Positions 32,096 to 41,556 of a stretch of 64,000 nucleotides of DNA are shown here, piece by piece. Numbering within the stretch: position 1 is the first letter of the stretch; every line of letters starts with the position of its first letter. This stretch comes from Trueperaceae bacterium (GTDB lineage Bacteria > Deinococcota > Deinococci > Deinococcales > Trueperaceae), in NCBI GenBank assembly GCA_040905465.1, contig JBBDRK010000069.1:1-64000 (forward strand), given 5' to 3'. The notes below the pieces were generated by a model. That model was not told the origin of the DNA. It searched no databases and was given only the letters and a program-made list of their open reading frames with translations. The position numbers and the translations under genes were made by a program.

Positions 32096-32367
32096 TCTTG
32101 CTCCTGTTCATCTTCGTTCTCGCGATCTTCCTCGGACTGGAACTGATCACCAAGGTGCCGTCGCAGCTTCACACGCCCCTGATGTCCGGGGCCAACGCAA
32201 TTTCGGGAATTACCATCGTCGGCGCCCTCGTCGCCGCAGGAGCCGGCGGGGTAGTCGGCACCATACTCGGCACTCTGGCTGTCGTCTTCGCCACCATCAA
32301 CGTCGTCGGCGGTTACATGGTTACCGATCGGATGCTGGCGATGTTCAAGAGCGGCAAGGGGCGCTGA
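32092..32367 (+). CDS. NAD(P) transhydrogenase alpha subunit, part 2
   Basis: LHTPLMSGANAISG, NVVGGYMVTDRMLAMF. Confidence 0.93.
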   Translation: MILLLFIFVLAIFLGLELITKVPSQLHTPLMSGANAISGITIVGALVAAGAGGVVGTILGTLAVVFATINVVGGYMVTDRMLAMFKSGKGR

Positions 32368-32368
32368 G

Positions 32369-33748
32369 GTGGACGTCCTGGTTCAGCTCGCGTACATCGC
32401 CGCTTCGGTCCTGTTCATCTACGGCCTCAAGATGCTGGGAAGGGCGCACACTGCGCGGCGCGGCAACCTCGTTTCGGCGGCCGGCATGCTCCTTGCGGTG
32501 GTGGTGACGCTGCTCCAGGGCGGGCTCGATTACACCTGGATACTGGTCGGCCTGGTGATCGGCTCGGCCATAGGCCTGGGGGCGGCTCGGCGGGTGCAGA
32601 TGACCCAGATGCCCGAGATGGTGGCGCTCTTCAACGGTTCGGGCGGCCTCGCCAGCCTGCTGGTGGGCTGGGCCGAGTATCACAACGCACCCGGGGCGAT
32701 TCCACCGGTTACCGGCGTGGCGATATTCTTCGCGGTGCTGATCGGCGCTATCGCCTTCACCGGCAGCGTCGTTGCGTTCGGCAAGCTCTCGGAACGGATT
32801 CCGGGTCGTCCTATTCAGTTCCCCGGGCAGCAGATAGTGAATGCCGGGCTGGTAGCGGCGGCGCTCGTGCTGGGCGCTCTTTACCTGGTAGCGCCCGAAG
32901 CGTCCTACCCGATCTTCCTGGCGATAATCGCGATCTCGCTCGCCCTGGGTGTGCTGGCCGTCATCCCGATCGGCGGCGCCGACATGCCGATAGTGGTGTC
33001 GCTCCTCAACTCCTACTCCGGCCTGGCGGCGAGTGCCGCCGGATTCGTGATCGGCAACAACGTCCTCATCGTCGCCGGCTCGCTGGTGGGAGCCAGCGGG
33101 CTGATCCTGACGCAGATCATGTGCAAGAGCATGAACCGCTCGCTGGCCAACGTGCTGTTCAGCGGCTTCGGCGCAGTGAGCATCTCCGAGTCGCGTGAGG
33201 TCGAGGGCGAGGTACAGCCGTTGTCGGCGGAGGACGCCTATTTCATCCTGGAAGCGGCCCGCAGCGTGCTGTTCGTGCCCGGTTACGGCATGGCGGTGGC
33301 CCAGGCGCAGCACGCGGTGCGCGAGCTGGCCGACCTGCTAGAGGCGGCCGGCGCCGAAGTGCGTTACGCCATCCACCCGGTCGCCGGGCGCATGCCGGGG
33401 CACATGAACGTACTGCTGGCCGAGGCGAACGTGCCGTATGAGCAACTGGTGGAGCCCGAGGACGTCAATCCGACGATGGCCACCGTAGACGTGGCGGTAG
33501 TCATCGGCGCAAACGACGTGGTGAATCCGGCGGCCCGCGAGGACAAGGGCTCGCCGCTCTACGGGATGCCGATCATCAACGTCGACGAGGCGCGCACCGT
33601 TTTCGTGCTCAAGCGCAGCATGAAGCCCGGATTCTCGGGCGTGGAGAACGAGCTCTTCTACAAGCCGAACACGCGCATGCTGTTCGGCGACGCCAAGGCG
33701 ACGCTGTCGACCCTGGTGACCGAGTTCAAGGACGCGGTGGCTGCCTGA
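32369..33748 (+). CDS. pntB: NAD(P) transhydrogenase beta subunit
   Basis: IGGADMP, VPGYG, HPVAGRMPGHMN, GANDVVNP. Confidence 0.96.
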   Translation: MDVLVQLAYIAASVLFIYGLKMLGRAHTARRGNLVSAAGMLLAVVVTLLQGGLDYTWILVGLVIGSAIGLGAARRVQMTQMPEMVALFNGSGGLASLLVGWAEYHNAPGAIPPVTGVAIFFAVLIGAIAFTGSVVAFGKLSERIPGRPIQFPGQQIVNAGLVAAALVLGALYLVAPEASYPIFLAIIAISLALGVLAVIPIGGADMPIVVSLLNSYSGLAASAAGFVIGNNVLIVAGSLVGASGLILTQIMCKSMNRSLANVLFSGFGAVSISESREVEGEVQPLSAEDAYFILEAARSVLFVPGYGMAVAQAQHAVRELADLLEAAGAEVRYAIHPVAGRMPGHMNVLLAEANVPYEQLVEPEDVNPTMATVDVAVVIGANDVVNPAAREDKGSPLYGMPIINVDEARTVFVLKRSMKPGFSGVENELFYKPNTRMLFGDAKATLSTLVTEFKDAVAA

Positions 33749-33796
33749 GGAACCGACAGGAGCCTCTCGAGCGAGCTGCAGGAAGCGTCGAGCCGG

Positions 33797-34981
33797 CTAT
33801 ACCGGCAAGAGCAGGCCGGTAACGTACATGATTGCCAGTCCGGAGGCGAATCCCCCCAAGGTCGCCGCTGAGAAACCCCGGCTATCGTTGGGCACGAACT
33901 TGCGCGCCAGGTAGGCTCCCAACTCGACCATCACCTGGAGGATGGCGCCGGCTCCGATGCCCAGGAACAGTGCCGCCCAGTGGGGGGCGAAAGCGAACGC
34001 TCCGATCCAGGTCCCGGCCACGGCAGGCAGGCCGGCCAGCGCGGCCAGACCCACGAACGCCAGCAGCGGCGCTCGCTGCCTGGTGAGCGTCGCGGCAATT
34101 CCGATTCCCTCGGTGAGGTTGTGGAGGGTGAAGCCGATGACGAGGAAGGAGCCGAGCGCGGCTTGGCCGATGGCGAAGGCCGCGCCGATCGCCAGGCCCT
34201 CACCCAGGTTGTGCAGGCCGATGCCGAGAGCCAGGAACCAGGCGAGCGCCAGCCCGGCGGGCGCGGCGCCGTGCCGGCGGCCGACTGCCACCAGGATGAG
34301 GAACGACAGGGCGGCGGCCAGCCACACCGTCGCGCTTGCCTGGAATGCGCCGGCAGCGCCGGCTGCGAGCTCCAGCCCTTCCTCGAGGGTGTCGACAAGC
34401 AGGAAGGCGAGCAGTCCGATGGTGAGCGCCAGCAGGAAGTGAACGCCACGCCGTCCCGCGGTTCTGAGCCAGGGGTAGAAGAGCAGGCCCAGGGCAACCG
34501 GCACGACTCCGACGTAGATTCCCAGGAGGGCGTAGGCCAGGACCCTGGCGAAGGTCGGTTGCGGCGTAGCGGTCGCCACCTCGATCTCGTGTTCGAAGGT
34601 TGCGCCGGTGCTGCTGAGCACGGTGATGAAGTGAGCTTCGTCCTGCACCCAGGGATAGGGGATGTGCAGCGCGGCGGTGGCCAGCCGGCCGAGCCGCCCC
34701 GGCGGGTCCTGGCTGAACTGCCAGAAGGCGCCGTCTACCTGTACCTGGGCGATGCTCAGCGGCTCTGATCCGTCGGCTCGCACCCACAGGGTGATGCCGG
34801 AGTCGTCGAGCCTGGTGCGCTCGACGGTCAACCGCTCGACCGGTGGTGCCGAAACGCCGAGCGGTGCCAGCGGGTCGGTAGCCAGGAACAAGCTCAGCAG
34901 GCCGGCCAGGAGCACGAGCGGAACCAGCGCCCAGAGGATATCGAGGCGTCTGGCGCCTCCGACTGCCGCGTCGCTGCTCAT
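33797..34981 (-). CDS. ZIP-family metal transporter with N-terminal extracytoplasmic domain
   Basis: IGLHNLGEG and LHNLTEG motifs; N-terminal TM plus about 105-aa soluble domain. Confidence 0.88.
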   Translation of the reverse strand: MSSDAAVGGARRLDILWALVPLVLLAGLLSLFLATDPLAPLGVSAPPVERLTVERTRLDDSGITLWVRADGSEPLSIAQVQVDGAFWQFSQDPPGRLGRLATAALHIPYPWVQDEAHFITVLSSTGATFEHEIEVATATPQPTFARVLAYALLGIYVGVVPVALGLLFYPWLRTAGRRGVHFLLALTIGLLAFLLVDTLEEGLELAAGAAGAFQASATVWLAAALSFLILVAVGRRHGAAPAGLALAWFLALGIGLHNLGEGLAIGAAFAIGQAALGSFLVIGFTLHNLTEGIGIAATLTRQRAPLLAFVGLAALAGLPAVAGTWIGAFAFAPHWAALFLGIGAGAILQVMVELGAYLARKFVPNDSRGFSAATLGGFASGLAIMYVTGLLLPV

Positions 34982-36087
34982 TCCATCACCTCGAAGAAGC
35001 TCATCCAGCCCAGTTCAGGGAATTCGGACTGATGGGCGTGGAACATGTACGACCCTGGTTCGAAGCCGGCGAACGATATCTCCAGGATCCCGCGCTGCGC
35101 CTGACACTGCATGATCGTGTCCACCGTAGTGCTGGTCGGCTGGAGAGTGGTGCCGTGGTCGTAGTAATCGAAGAAGTTGCCGTGCAGGTGAAATGAGTTG
35201 ACCGGGTCGAACTCGGTGAGGTTACTGAGGTACACCCGGACCGGCCGATCCCGGGCCACCGGGATCGGCTTGTGGGAATATGCGTGCGCCACCGTGTTCA
35301 CCGCGTACACCTCGTTCTCCTCGTCGAAGTTGGTGTCGAAGCCGTTCATCACCATCACCATCTCCTGCCAGCGACGGTTCGCGGCCGACCCCAGCAGACG
35401 GCTTTCCGCCACATCCGCCGCCTCCGGATGCTTCGCGGGATCGGGATCGATGATGAAGGAGCCGTACAGCCCCTTGTGGATGTGCCGTTTCAGCGGAATC
35501 GCGTGGCAGTGGTAGAGGTGCGTTCCGAAAGGAAACGCGTCGAACTCGTACACCGTGCTCTGGCCGGGCGCTATCATGCCGGCGCCGACGCCCGGTACGC
35601 CGTCCATGCGTGCCGAGTGGATTCCGTGGAAGTGGATCGTGTGCGGATGCGAGCCGCCGTTGACGAAGGTGACCCGGACTCGGTCGCCCTCGGTGACCCG
35701 CAACGTGGGTCCGGGAACCCTGCCGTTGTAGGTCCAGGCCGGGAAGAACAAACCGGGTGCGATCTCTATCTCCTTGTCGATCGCGGTCAGCTGGAACTCT
35801 CGGAGGGTCTGGCCGTTTTCCAGGATCGAGATCCGGCCGGTGTCCCAGTCGGTCAGCAGGGTGTGCGGGTCGAAGCCGTTCCGTTCGTGGTCCACCTCGC
35901 CCACCGTCGTCATCGCCCCGTGGGCGTCCATCCCATGCGCATCCGTTCCGTGCGTATTGCCGCCTGCAGCCGGTGTCTCGGCTTGGCCGGCGACGAACGG
36001 CCGTGCGATCTGGCTCAGCAGCAGGCCGGCCCCTCCCAGCAGTCCGTTTCTCAGCAGTGCGCGACGCAACGGATTGATCGGTTTCAT
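34978..36087 (-). CDS. Tat-exported two-domain multicopper oxidase
   Basis: RRALL Tat motif; HTIHFHG, YHCH..HIHKGL, FHLHG, FHAH. Confidence 0.9.
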   Translation of the reverse strand: MKPINPLRRALLRNGLLGGAGLLLSQIARPFVAGQAETPAAGGNTHGTDAHGMDAHGAMTTVGEVDHERNGFDPHTLLTDWDTGRISILENGQTLREFQLTAIDKEIEIAPGLFFPAWTYNGRVPGPTLRVTEGDRVRVTFVNGGSHPHTIHFHGIHSARMDGVPGVGAGMIAPGQSTVYEFDAFPFGTHLYHCHAIPLKRHIHKGLYGSFIIDPDPAKHPEAADVAESRLLGSAANRRWQEMVMVMNGFDTNFDEENEVYAVNTVAHAYSHKPIPVARDRPVRVYLSNLTEFDPVNSFHLHGNFFDYYDHGTTLQPTSTTVDTIMQCQAQRGILEISFAGFEPGSYMFHAHQSEFPELGWMSFFEVME

Positions 36088-36205
36088 TCGCCGTGCCTGC
36101 CCGATTCTCCCACGATTACGACCTCCTCTGCCGTCGGCGTTGCCGCCCCAGGCTCATATGGCGACCGGCGTCGATGAGGCGGGAACGCTAATGCCGCTGA
36201 GATGG

Positions 36206-36223
36206 AATTAGCCATACCTAATT
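36206..36223. promoter_or_regulatory. Putative DtxR/MntR-family operator
   Basis: Palindrome AATTAG-CCATAC-CTAATT, resembling TTAGG..CCTAA boxes, at the predicted transcription start. Confidence 0.7.
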
Positions 36224-36226
36224 AAG

Positions 36227-36255
36227 AGTCTAGGTAGGGCCTCTTTGCTTGTCAA
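36227..36255 (-). promoter_or_regulatory. Sigma70-type promoter for the MCO-ZIP operon
   Basis: TTGACA (36255-36250), 17-bp spacer, TAGACT (36232-36227). Confidence 0.8.
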
Positions 36256-36460
36256 GGGTTCCGGGATGCGGCGACTCGACGACTTTGCCACCACCGGCGG
36301 CTGCGCAACGGCGCTTCCGCACCGCTCACTGCCCGCTGGACCGTCCTGAATAGCGTCCGCCGCACCATTGTCGTCAAGGCGCGGATGAAAGCATGGTTGA
36401 GTTGCCGGCCGTCCCCTGCAGGGCACCCACATAGGTCGACGGTCCTCGTGGGGCAACGGC

Positions 36461-36508
36461 GGTTCGAGGGGGACGCGGATCGAAGGGGACGGGGGTCGAA
36501 GGGGTCGT
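36461..36508 (+). repeat. 16-bp tandem repeat, 3 units, upstream of the VKOR gene
   Basis: ggttcgagggggacgc ggatcgaaggggacgg gggtcgaaggggtcgt. Confidence 0.75.
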
Positions 36509-36509
36509 A

Positions 36510-37961
36510 GTGACGAACCGGAAGTCTGGGCACGAGCAGCAGCGAGGTCCCGCCGAGATGACGCGGGCGACGCGCCAGCCATGGTTGTGGACCAACTTCC
36601 TCAACATCGGCCTCGGGATCTGGTTGATTACCGCCCCGTTCACCTTCGGTTACCTCGATCCGGCGTCGGTGGGCGACGGTGTCCTGAGGATCACGGCCGA
36701 GCGCGAGCTGCCCTCGGTTGCCGTGCGCGGTGCGGCGATGGCCCGGAGCGATCTGGTCAGCGGTGTACTCATCGTGCTTCTCTCCGCGATCGCGGTGATA
36801 CCCAGGGCGCGGCTGGACTTCGTGGGGCGTTGGGGGACCTGCTTCGTCGGCATCTGGCTCGGGTTCGCGCCGCTCCTGTTTTGGTCGCCGAGCCCGGCGG
36901 CGTTCGTAAGCGACACCCTCATCGGCGTGCTGGTCATCACCTTTTCGATTCTCGTGCCGATGATGCCCGGCATGGCGCATCACACGATCATGCAGACGCC
37001 GGGACCGGTGGTTCCCAGCGGCTGGACCTACAACCCCTCGTCATGGCTGCAACGGGCGCCGATAATAACGCTGGGACTTGTCGGCTGGTTCATCTCGCGC
37101 TATCTGGCGGCCTATCAACTCGGCTACATCGACAACGTCTGGGACCCGCTCTTCGGTGACAGCACGATGCGGATCCTCGACTCGGAAGTCTCGCGCGCCT
37201 GGCCGGTCTCGGATGCCGGATTCGGAGCCTTCGCGTACACCTTCGAGGTGCTCATGGGCTTCATGGGCGGGACAAGCCGCTGGCGAACGATGCCGTGGAT
37301 GGTGACCTTCTTCGGAATCCTGGTGATACCCCTGGGGATCGTGAGCATCGGGCTGGTGATCCTTCAACCGGTGGCGGTCGGGACCTGGTGCACCCTCTGC
37401 CTGGTGACGGCACTCGCCATGCTGGTGATGATTCCCCTCGCCGTGGACGAAGTGGTGGCGATGATCCAGTTCCTGGAGCGCATGCGACGTCGAGGAAAGT
37501 CGCTCTGGCACACATTTTGGGTCGGAGACACGCTCGAGCACGCAGCCAACGAGGACCGGCGAACCCCGCCTTACGGCTCGGGTCTCGCGCAACTCGTACC
37601 CGCCATGCTGTGGGGAGTAAACGTCCCTCGGTCCCTGCTGGCGTCGGCGACAGTGGGAGCCTGGCTGATGGCTGCGCCCGCCGTAGCGGGAAGCGGGGGC
37701 GCCGCCGCCAACAGCGATCATCTGACAGGTGCGCTGGTCGTGACGTTCGCGGTCATAGCGATGGCGGAGGCCACCCGGGCGGTGCGGTACGTGAACGTGC
37801 CGGCCGGAGCCTGGATTGTCGCCGCACCTTGGCTCCTGGGGGGTTCGACCATGGGTGCCAGCATCAACGGCCTTCTGGTCGGAGTGGCCGTCATCCTCCT
37901 CAGTCTGCCCAAAGGCGCTGTCCGGGACCGGTACGCCGGCTGGCAGCGCTACATCGTTTAG
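36510..37961 (+). CDS. SPW-repeat / vitamin K epoxide reductase family membrane protein
   Basis: GxW..AP repeats at both ends; YNPSSW, SDAGFG, RWRTMPW, WCTLC (CxxC). Confidence 0.85.
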   Translation: MTNRKSGHEQQRGPAEMTRATRQPWLWTNFLNIGLGIWLITAPFTFGYLDPASVGDGVLRITAERELPSVAVRGAAMARSDLVSGVLIVLLSAIAVIPRARLDFVGRWGTCFVGIWLGFAPLLFWSPSPAAFVSDTLIGVLVITFSILVPMMPGMAHHTIMQTPGPVVPSGWTYNPSSWLQRAPIITLGLVGWFISRYLAAYQLGYIDNVWDPLFGDSTMRILDSEVSRAWPVSDAGFGAFAYTFEVLMGFMGGTSRWRTMPWMVTFFGILVIPLGIVSIGLVILQPVAVGTWCTLCLVTALAMLVMIPLAVDEVVAMIQFLERMRRRGKSLWHTFWVGDTLEHAANEDRRTPPYGSGLAQLVPAMLWGVNVPRSLLASATVGAWLMAAPAVAGSGGAAANSDHLTGALVVTFAVIAMAEATRAVRYVNVPAGAWIVAAPWLLGGSTMGASINGLLVGVAVILLSLPKGAVRDRYAGWQRYIV

Positions 37962-38038
37962 GGCGCCGCCCTGCTGCGACCGTAGACACGAGTGCGGCTG
38001 GCCGACGGCCAACGAGCGAACCGCCGGTAAGCTCCAAA

Positions 38039-38068
38039 CTTGACACGAGTAGACTCAGATTTCATAAT
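38039..38068 (+). promoter_or_regulatory. clpB promoter with overlapping HAIR-like (HspR) site
   Basis: TTGACA (38040), 17 bp, CATAAT (38063); CTTGACA-N7-ACTCAGA versus HAIR consensus CTTGAGT-N7-ACTCAAG. Confidence 0.72.
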
Positions 38069-38074
38069 AACGCC

Positions 38075-40660
38075 ATGAACGCTGAACGGCTCACCGAATC
38101 GGCCCTGCAGGCGGTTGCCTCCGGCCAGCAGGTCGCCCGTACCCGCCAGCACCAGGCGTTCGGGCCGCTCCACCTGGTGACCGCCCTGTTGGCGGACGAA
38201 ACTGGAGCCCCGGCACGCCTGGTCCAGCGCGCCGGCGGCGACCTGGAGGCGCTCCGGGGTGAGTTCCACGGCGCACTCGACCGAATGCCTCGCGTGTCGG
38301 GTTCAGAAGGCAGTGCCGGCCAGTACATGGTGCCGGAGTTGGCGAGGGTGTTCGATGAAGCCGAGAAGCTGGCGAGCCATTGGGGCGACAGCTTCATCGC
38401 CGCCGACACGCTTGTGGTGGCCCTTCGCGGAACCGCCGAGCGCGAGCTCTCGGCATTGCCCGCCAAGGCCGAGCTCGAGCGGGCGGCAGGGGAGATAAGG
38501 AAGGGGCGCACGGTGGACAGCAAGACTGCGGAGGGCGCGTTCGAGGCGCTCGAGCGCTACGGGATAGATCTCACCGCGAGGGCGCGTGAGGGCAAGCTCG
38601 ATCCGGTCATCGGCCGCGACGAAGAGATCCGCCGCACCATCCAGATCCTTCTCCGGCGCACCAAGAACAACCCGGTTCTCATCGGCGATCCCGGGGTCGG
38701 CAAGACGGCCATCGCCGAGGGTCTCGCGCTGCGCATAATCAACAAGGACGTCCCCGAGGGCCTGCAGGGCAAGCGCGTCCTCCAGCTCGACATGGGCAGC
38801 CTGCTGGCGGGAGCGAAGTACCGGGGTGAGTTCGAGGAACGACTCAAGGGCGTGATCAAGGAAACCGTCGACTCCGGGGGCGAGATCGTGCTGTTCATCG
38901 ACGAGCTCCACACCATAGTCGGCGCAGGCAAAGCCGAAGGGGCGGTGGACGCTGGGAACATGCTCAAGCCGCCCCTGGCGCGCGGCGAGCTGCGGATGAT
39001 CGGCGCGACCACGCTGGGCGAATACCGTGAGATAGAGAAGGACGCCGCCCTCGAGCGTCGCTTCCAGCCGGTGCTGGTGGACGAACCCTCGGTCGAGGAG
39101 ACGGTGAGCATCCTGCGCGGGATCAAGGAGAAGTACGAGGTACACCACGGCATTCAGATCTCCGACCTGGCCATCATCGCCGCAGCGTCGCTCTCGCACC
39201 GCTACATCGCCGACCGGCGCCTGCCCGACAAGGCCATCGACCTGATCGACGAGGCCGCTTCGCGTATCCGGGTACAGCTCGAAAGCCTGCCCGAGGAGAT
39301 CGACGACCTCCGGCGGCGCAAGCTGCAGCTCGAGGTGGAGCTGCAGGCGCTACGCCGCGAGGAGGATCCGGAATCCGCTCAACGCCTGCTGCGGCTCGAG
39401 GAGGAGCTAAGAGGCGTCGAGGACCGAATATCCGAGGCGCAGACCGGCTGGGAAGCCGAAAAGGAGGTGCTGGACCGGCTCCGTGACGTGCAGGAGGAGC
39501 GCGACAGGGTCAGGACCCAGATGGACGCCGCCGAGCGCGACTACGACCTGAACCGCGCCGCCGAGCTGCGCTACGGCGAGTTGCCGCGCCTGGACCGGCA
39601 GCTCGGGGAGCTGTCCGAGAAGCTCGAAAGCGCCGAGTATGTGCGGTTGGAGGTGGGCGAGGACGAGGTCGCCGAAGTAGTGTCCCGCTCCACCGGAATT
39701 CCCGTCTCGCGGCTGATCGAGAGCGAACGGGAGAAACTGCTCGAGCTCGAGAGCGCCCTGCACCGACGGGTGGTCGGGCAGGACGAGGCGATCGGCGCGG
39801 TTGCCGACGCCATCAGGCGCTCGCGGGCCGGCCTCGCCGACCCCAACCGTCCGATCGGTTCGTTCATCTTCCTGGGGCCGACCGGCGTCGGCAAGACCGA
39901 GACCGCCAAGGCGCTCGCCGAGCAGCTCTTCGACAGCGAGGAGAACATCATCCGTCTCGACATGTCGGAATACATGGAGAAACACACTGTCGCCCGGCTG
40001 ATCGGAGCGCCCCCCGGATACGTGGGGTACGAGGAGGGCGGCCAGCTCACCGAGGCGGTGCGCCGGAGGCCTTACAGCGTGTTGCTTTTCGACGAGGTGG
40101 AAAAGGCGCATCCCGACGTTTTCAACGCGTTGCTGCAACTGCTCGACGACGGACGGCTCACCGACGCCCACGGGCGCACCGTGGACTTCCGCAACACGGT
40201 GGTGATCATGACCAGCAACATCGGCTCGCCGCAGATCCTGGAGATGAGCCGTGCCGGAGCGGAGCAGGAGCAGATCAGAAACGCCGTGTTCGGCCGGCTT
40301 CAGGAGCACTTCCGGCCCGAGTTCCTCAACCGGGTAGACGACATCATCGTGTTCCACGCCCTCGAACGCGAGCAGGTGGCGCGCATCGCCGAGATCCAGC
40401 TCGACCGGCTGCGCGAGCGGCTGGCGGGGCGGCGCATCGGGCTCGAGCTCTCGGAGGTGGCGCTGGCTCACCTGGCGGCCGTGGGATACGACCCGGTCTT
40501 CGGCGCCCGGCCCCTCAAGCGGGCGATCCAGCAGCAGATAGAGACTCCGCTCTCGCGCAAGATAATCGCCGGCGAGGTCGAGGACGGCTCCACCGTTCGG
40601 GTAGAGCCGGGTTCCGGTGGTTTCGTGTTCAGTCGCGCCGAGCCGCAACCGGCGAACTAG
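38075..40660 (+). CDS. clpB: Chaperone ClpB
   Basis: Two AAA+ modules ([16 protein letters not shown]), [10 protein letters not shown]-domain, [10 protein letters not shown]. Confidence 0.96.
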   Translation: MNAERLTESALQAVASGQQVARTRQHQAFGPLHLVTALLADETGAPARLVQRAGGDLEALRGEFHGALDRMPRVSGSEGSAGQYMVPELARVFDEAEKLASHWGDSFIAADTLVVALRGTAERELSALPAKAELERAAGEIRKGRTVDSKTAEGAFEALERYGIDLTARAREGKLDPVIGRDEEIRRTIQILLRRTKNNPVLIGDPGVGKTAIAEGLALRIINKDVPEGLQGKRVLQLDMGSLLAGAKYRGEFEERLKGVIKETVDSGGEIVLFIDELHTIVGAGKAEGAVDAGNMLKPPLARGELRMIGATTLGEYREIEKDAALERRFQPVLVDEPSVEETVSILRGIKEKYEVHHGIQISDLAIIAAASLSHRYIADRRLPDKAIDLIDEAASRIRVQLESLPEEIDDLRRRKLQLEVELQALRREEDPESAQRLLRLEEELRGVEDRISEAQTGWEAEKEVLDRLRDVQEERDRVRTQMDAAERDYDLNRAAELRYGELPRLDRQLGELSEKLESAEYVRLEVGEDEVAEVVSRSTGIPVSRLIESEREKLLELESALHRRVVGQDEAIGAVADAIRRSRAGLADPNRPIGSFIFLGPTGVGKTETAKALAEQLFDSEENIIRLDMSEYMEKHTVARLIGAPPGYVGYEEGGQLTEAVRRRPYSVLLFDEVEKAHPDVFNALLQLLDDGRLTDAHGRTVDFRNTVVIMTSNIGSPQILEMSRAGAEQEQIRNAVFGRLQEHFRPEFLNRVDDIIVFHALEREQVARIAEIQLDRLRERLAGRRIGLELSEVALAHLAAVGYDPVFGARPLKRAIQQQIETPLSRKIIAGEVEDGSTVRVEPGSGGFVFSRAEPQPAN

Positions 40661-40682
40661 CCGGCAGCGGTAACATGCAGGA

Positions 40683-41432
40683 ATGGTCGACCTCTGCCTG
40701 ATCGTTCCCCATCCCGATGACGAGGTCTTCGGAACCGGTGGGCTCATCCGCCGCATGACGCAGCACGGCAAGCGCGTCGCAACCGTCACCCTCACTCGAG
40801 GCGGCGCCGGCCGAACCCTCGACCTGTGCAGCCGCGAGGAGCTCCCGGAGCGGCGCGAAGAGGAGTTGGTCCGGTCGCTGGCAACGCTGGGCGTGCCTCG
40901 CGAAGACGCATACGTGTTCGACTACCCCGACTTCGTCACCGCAAGCGATCGGGGCATGGATCCGCGAGCCGGGCTGCAGGGCGCCGACCGCGACGAGATC
41001 GAGGCCCGCCTCGTTCGGCTGCTCGACGAGTTGCGCCCGCGCGTGGTCGTGACGTTCCCGCCCAACGGCGGCAACGGACATCCCGACCACGTGGTCACCA
41101 ACGCGCTGGTGCTGGCCGCCCTCGAGAGGATGGCGGAGGCGCCGCAGGAGCTCTACTACTTCGCCAGCGAACGCCCGTACGAAGGTCCGGTTCCGCCGGG
41201 TTTCCTGAACAACGACGAGATCGCCCGGCTCCACCTGCCGCCCACCCACTACCTGGAGCTCGACCGGGAGATAGAAGCCAAGCTCAGAGCAATGGGGCAG
41301 CACGAAACCCAGGCGCGCAGCGTTCTGATGTTCATGCGACGCTTCGCCCGGCGCCTGCTGACTGAGAGCTTCCACCGGGCAGTGCCGGCGCCCACCAGTG
41401 AGTCGGTCGGCGACACGGTCTACTGGCTGTGA
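40683..41432 (+). CDS. PIG-L family deacetylase
   Basis: PHPDDE, GHPDH, HETQ. Confidence 0.9.
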   Translation: MVDLCLIVPHPDDEVFGTGGLIRRMTQHGKRVATVTLTRGGAGRTLDLCSREELPERREEELVRSLATLGVPREDAYVFDYPDFVTASDRGMDPRAGLQGADRDEIEARLVRLLDELRPRVVVTFPPNGGNGHPDHVVTNALVLAALERMAEAPQELYYFASERPYEGPVPPGFLNNDEIARLHLPPTHYLELDREIEAKLRAMGQHETQARSVLMFMRRFARRLLTESFHRAVPAPTSESVGDTVYWL

Positions 41433-41556
41433 GCCTCCGGCACTGAACTTCGCCCGGCGGCGGCCCGAAGATACGGAACCGCGGTGCCTCGCGGCCGTTC
41501 CCACCGGTGGTCGGACGGCCGAGCCGTCCTGCAGAGCGCGTGGTACTTTGGTGGCG

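Noticed and set aside
30956-32367. Split pntA as a pseudogene or frameshift
   Set aside because: The three-gene pntAa-pntAb-pntB arrangement is a known natural form; clean ATGA coupling
37295-38074. 1121-aa ORF suggesting an N-terminally extended ClpB
   Set aside because: The extension is an alternate frame of the VKOR gene; a promoter and the canonical MNAERLT start lie at 38040-38075
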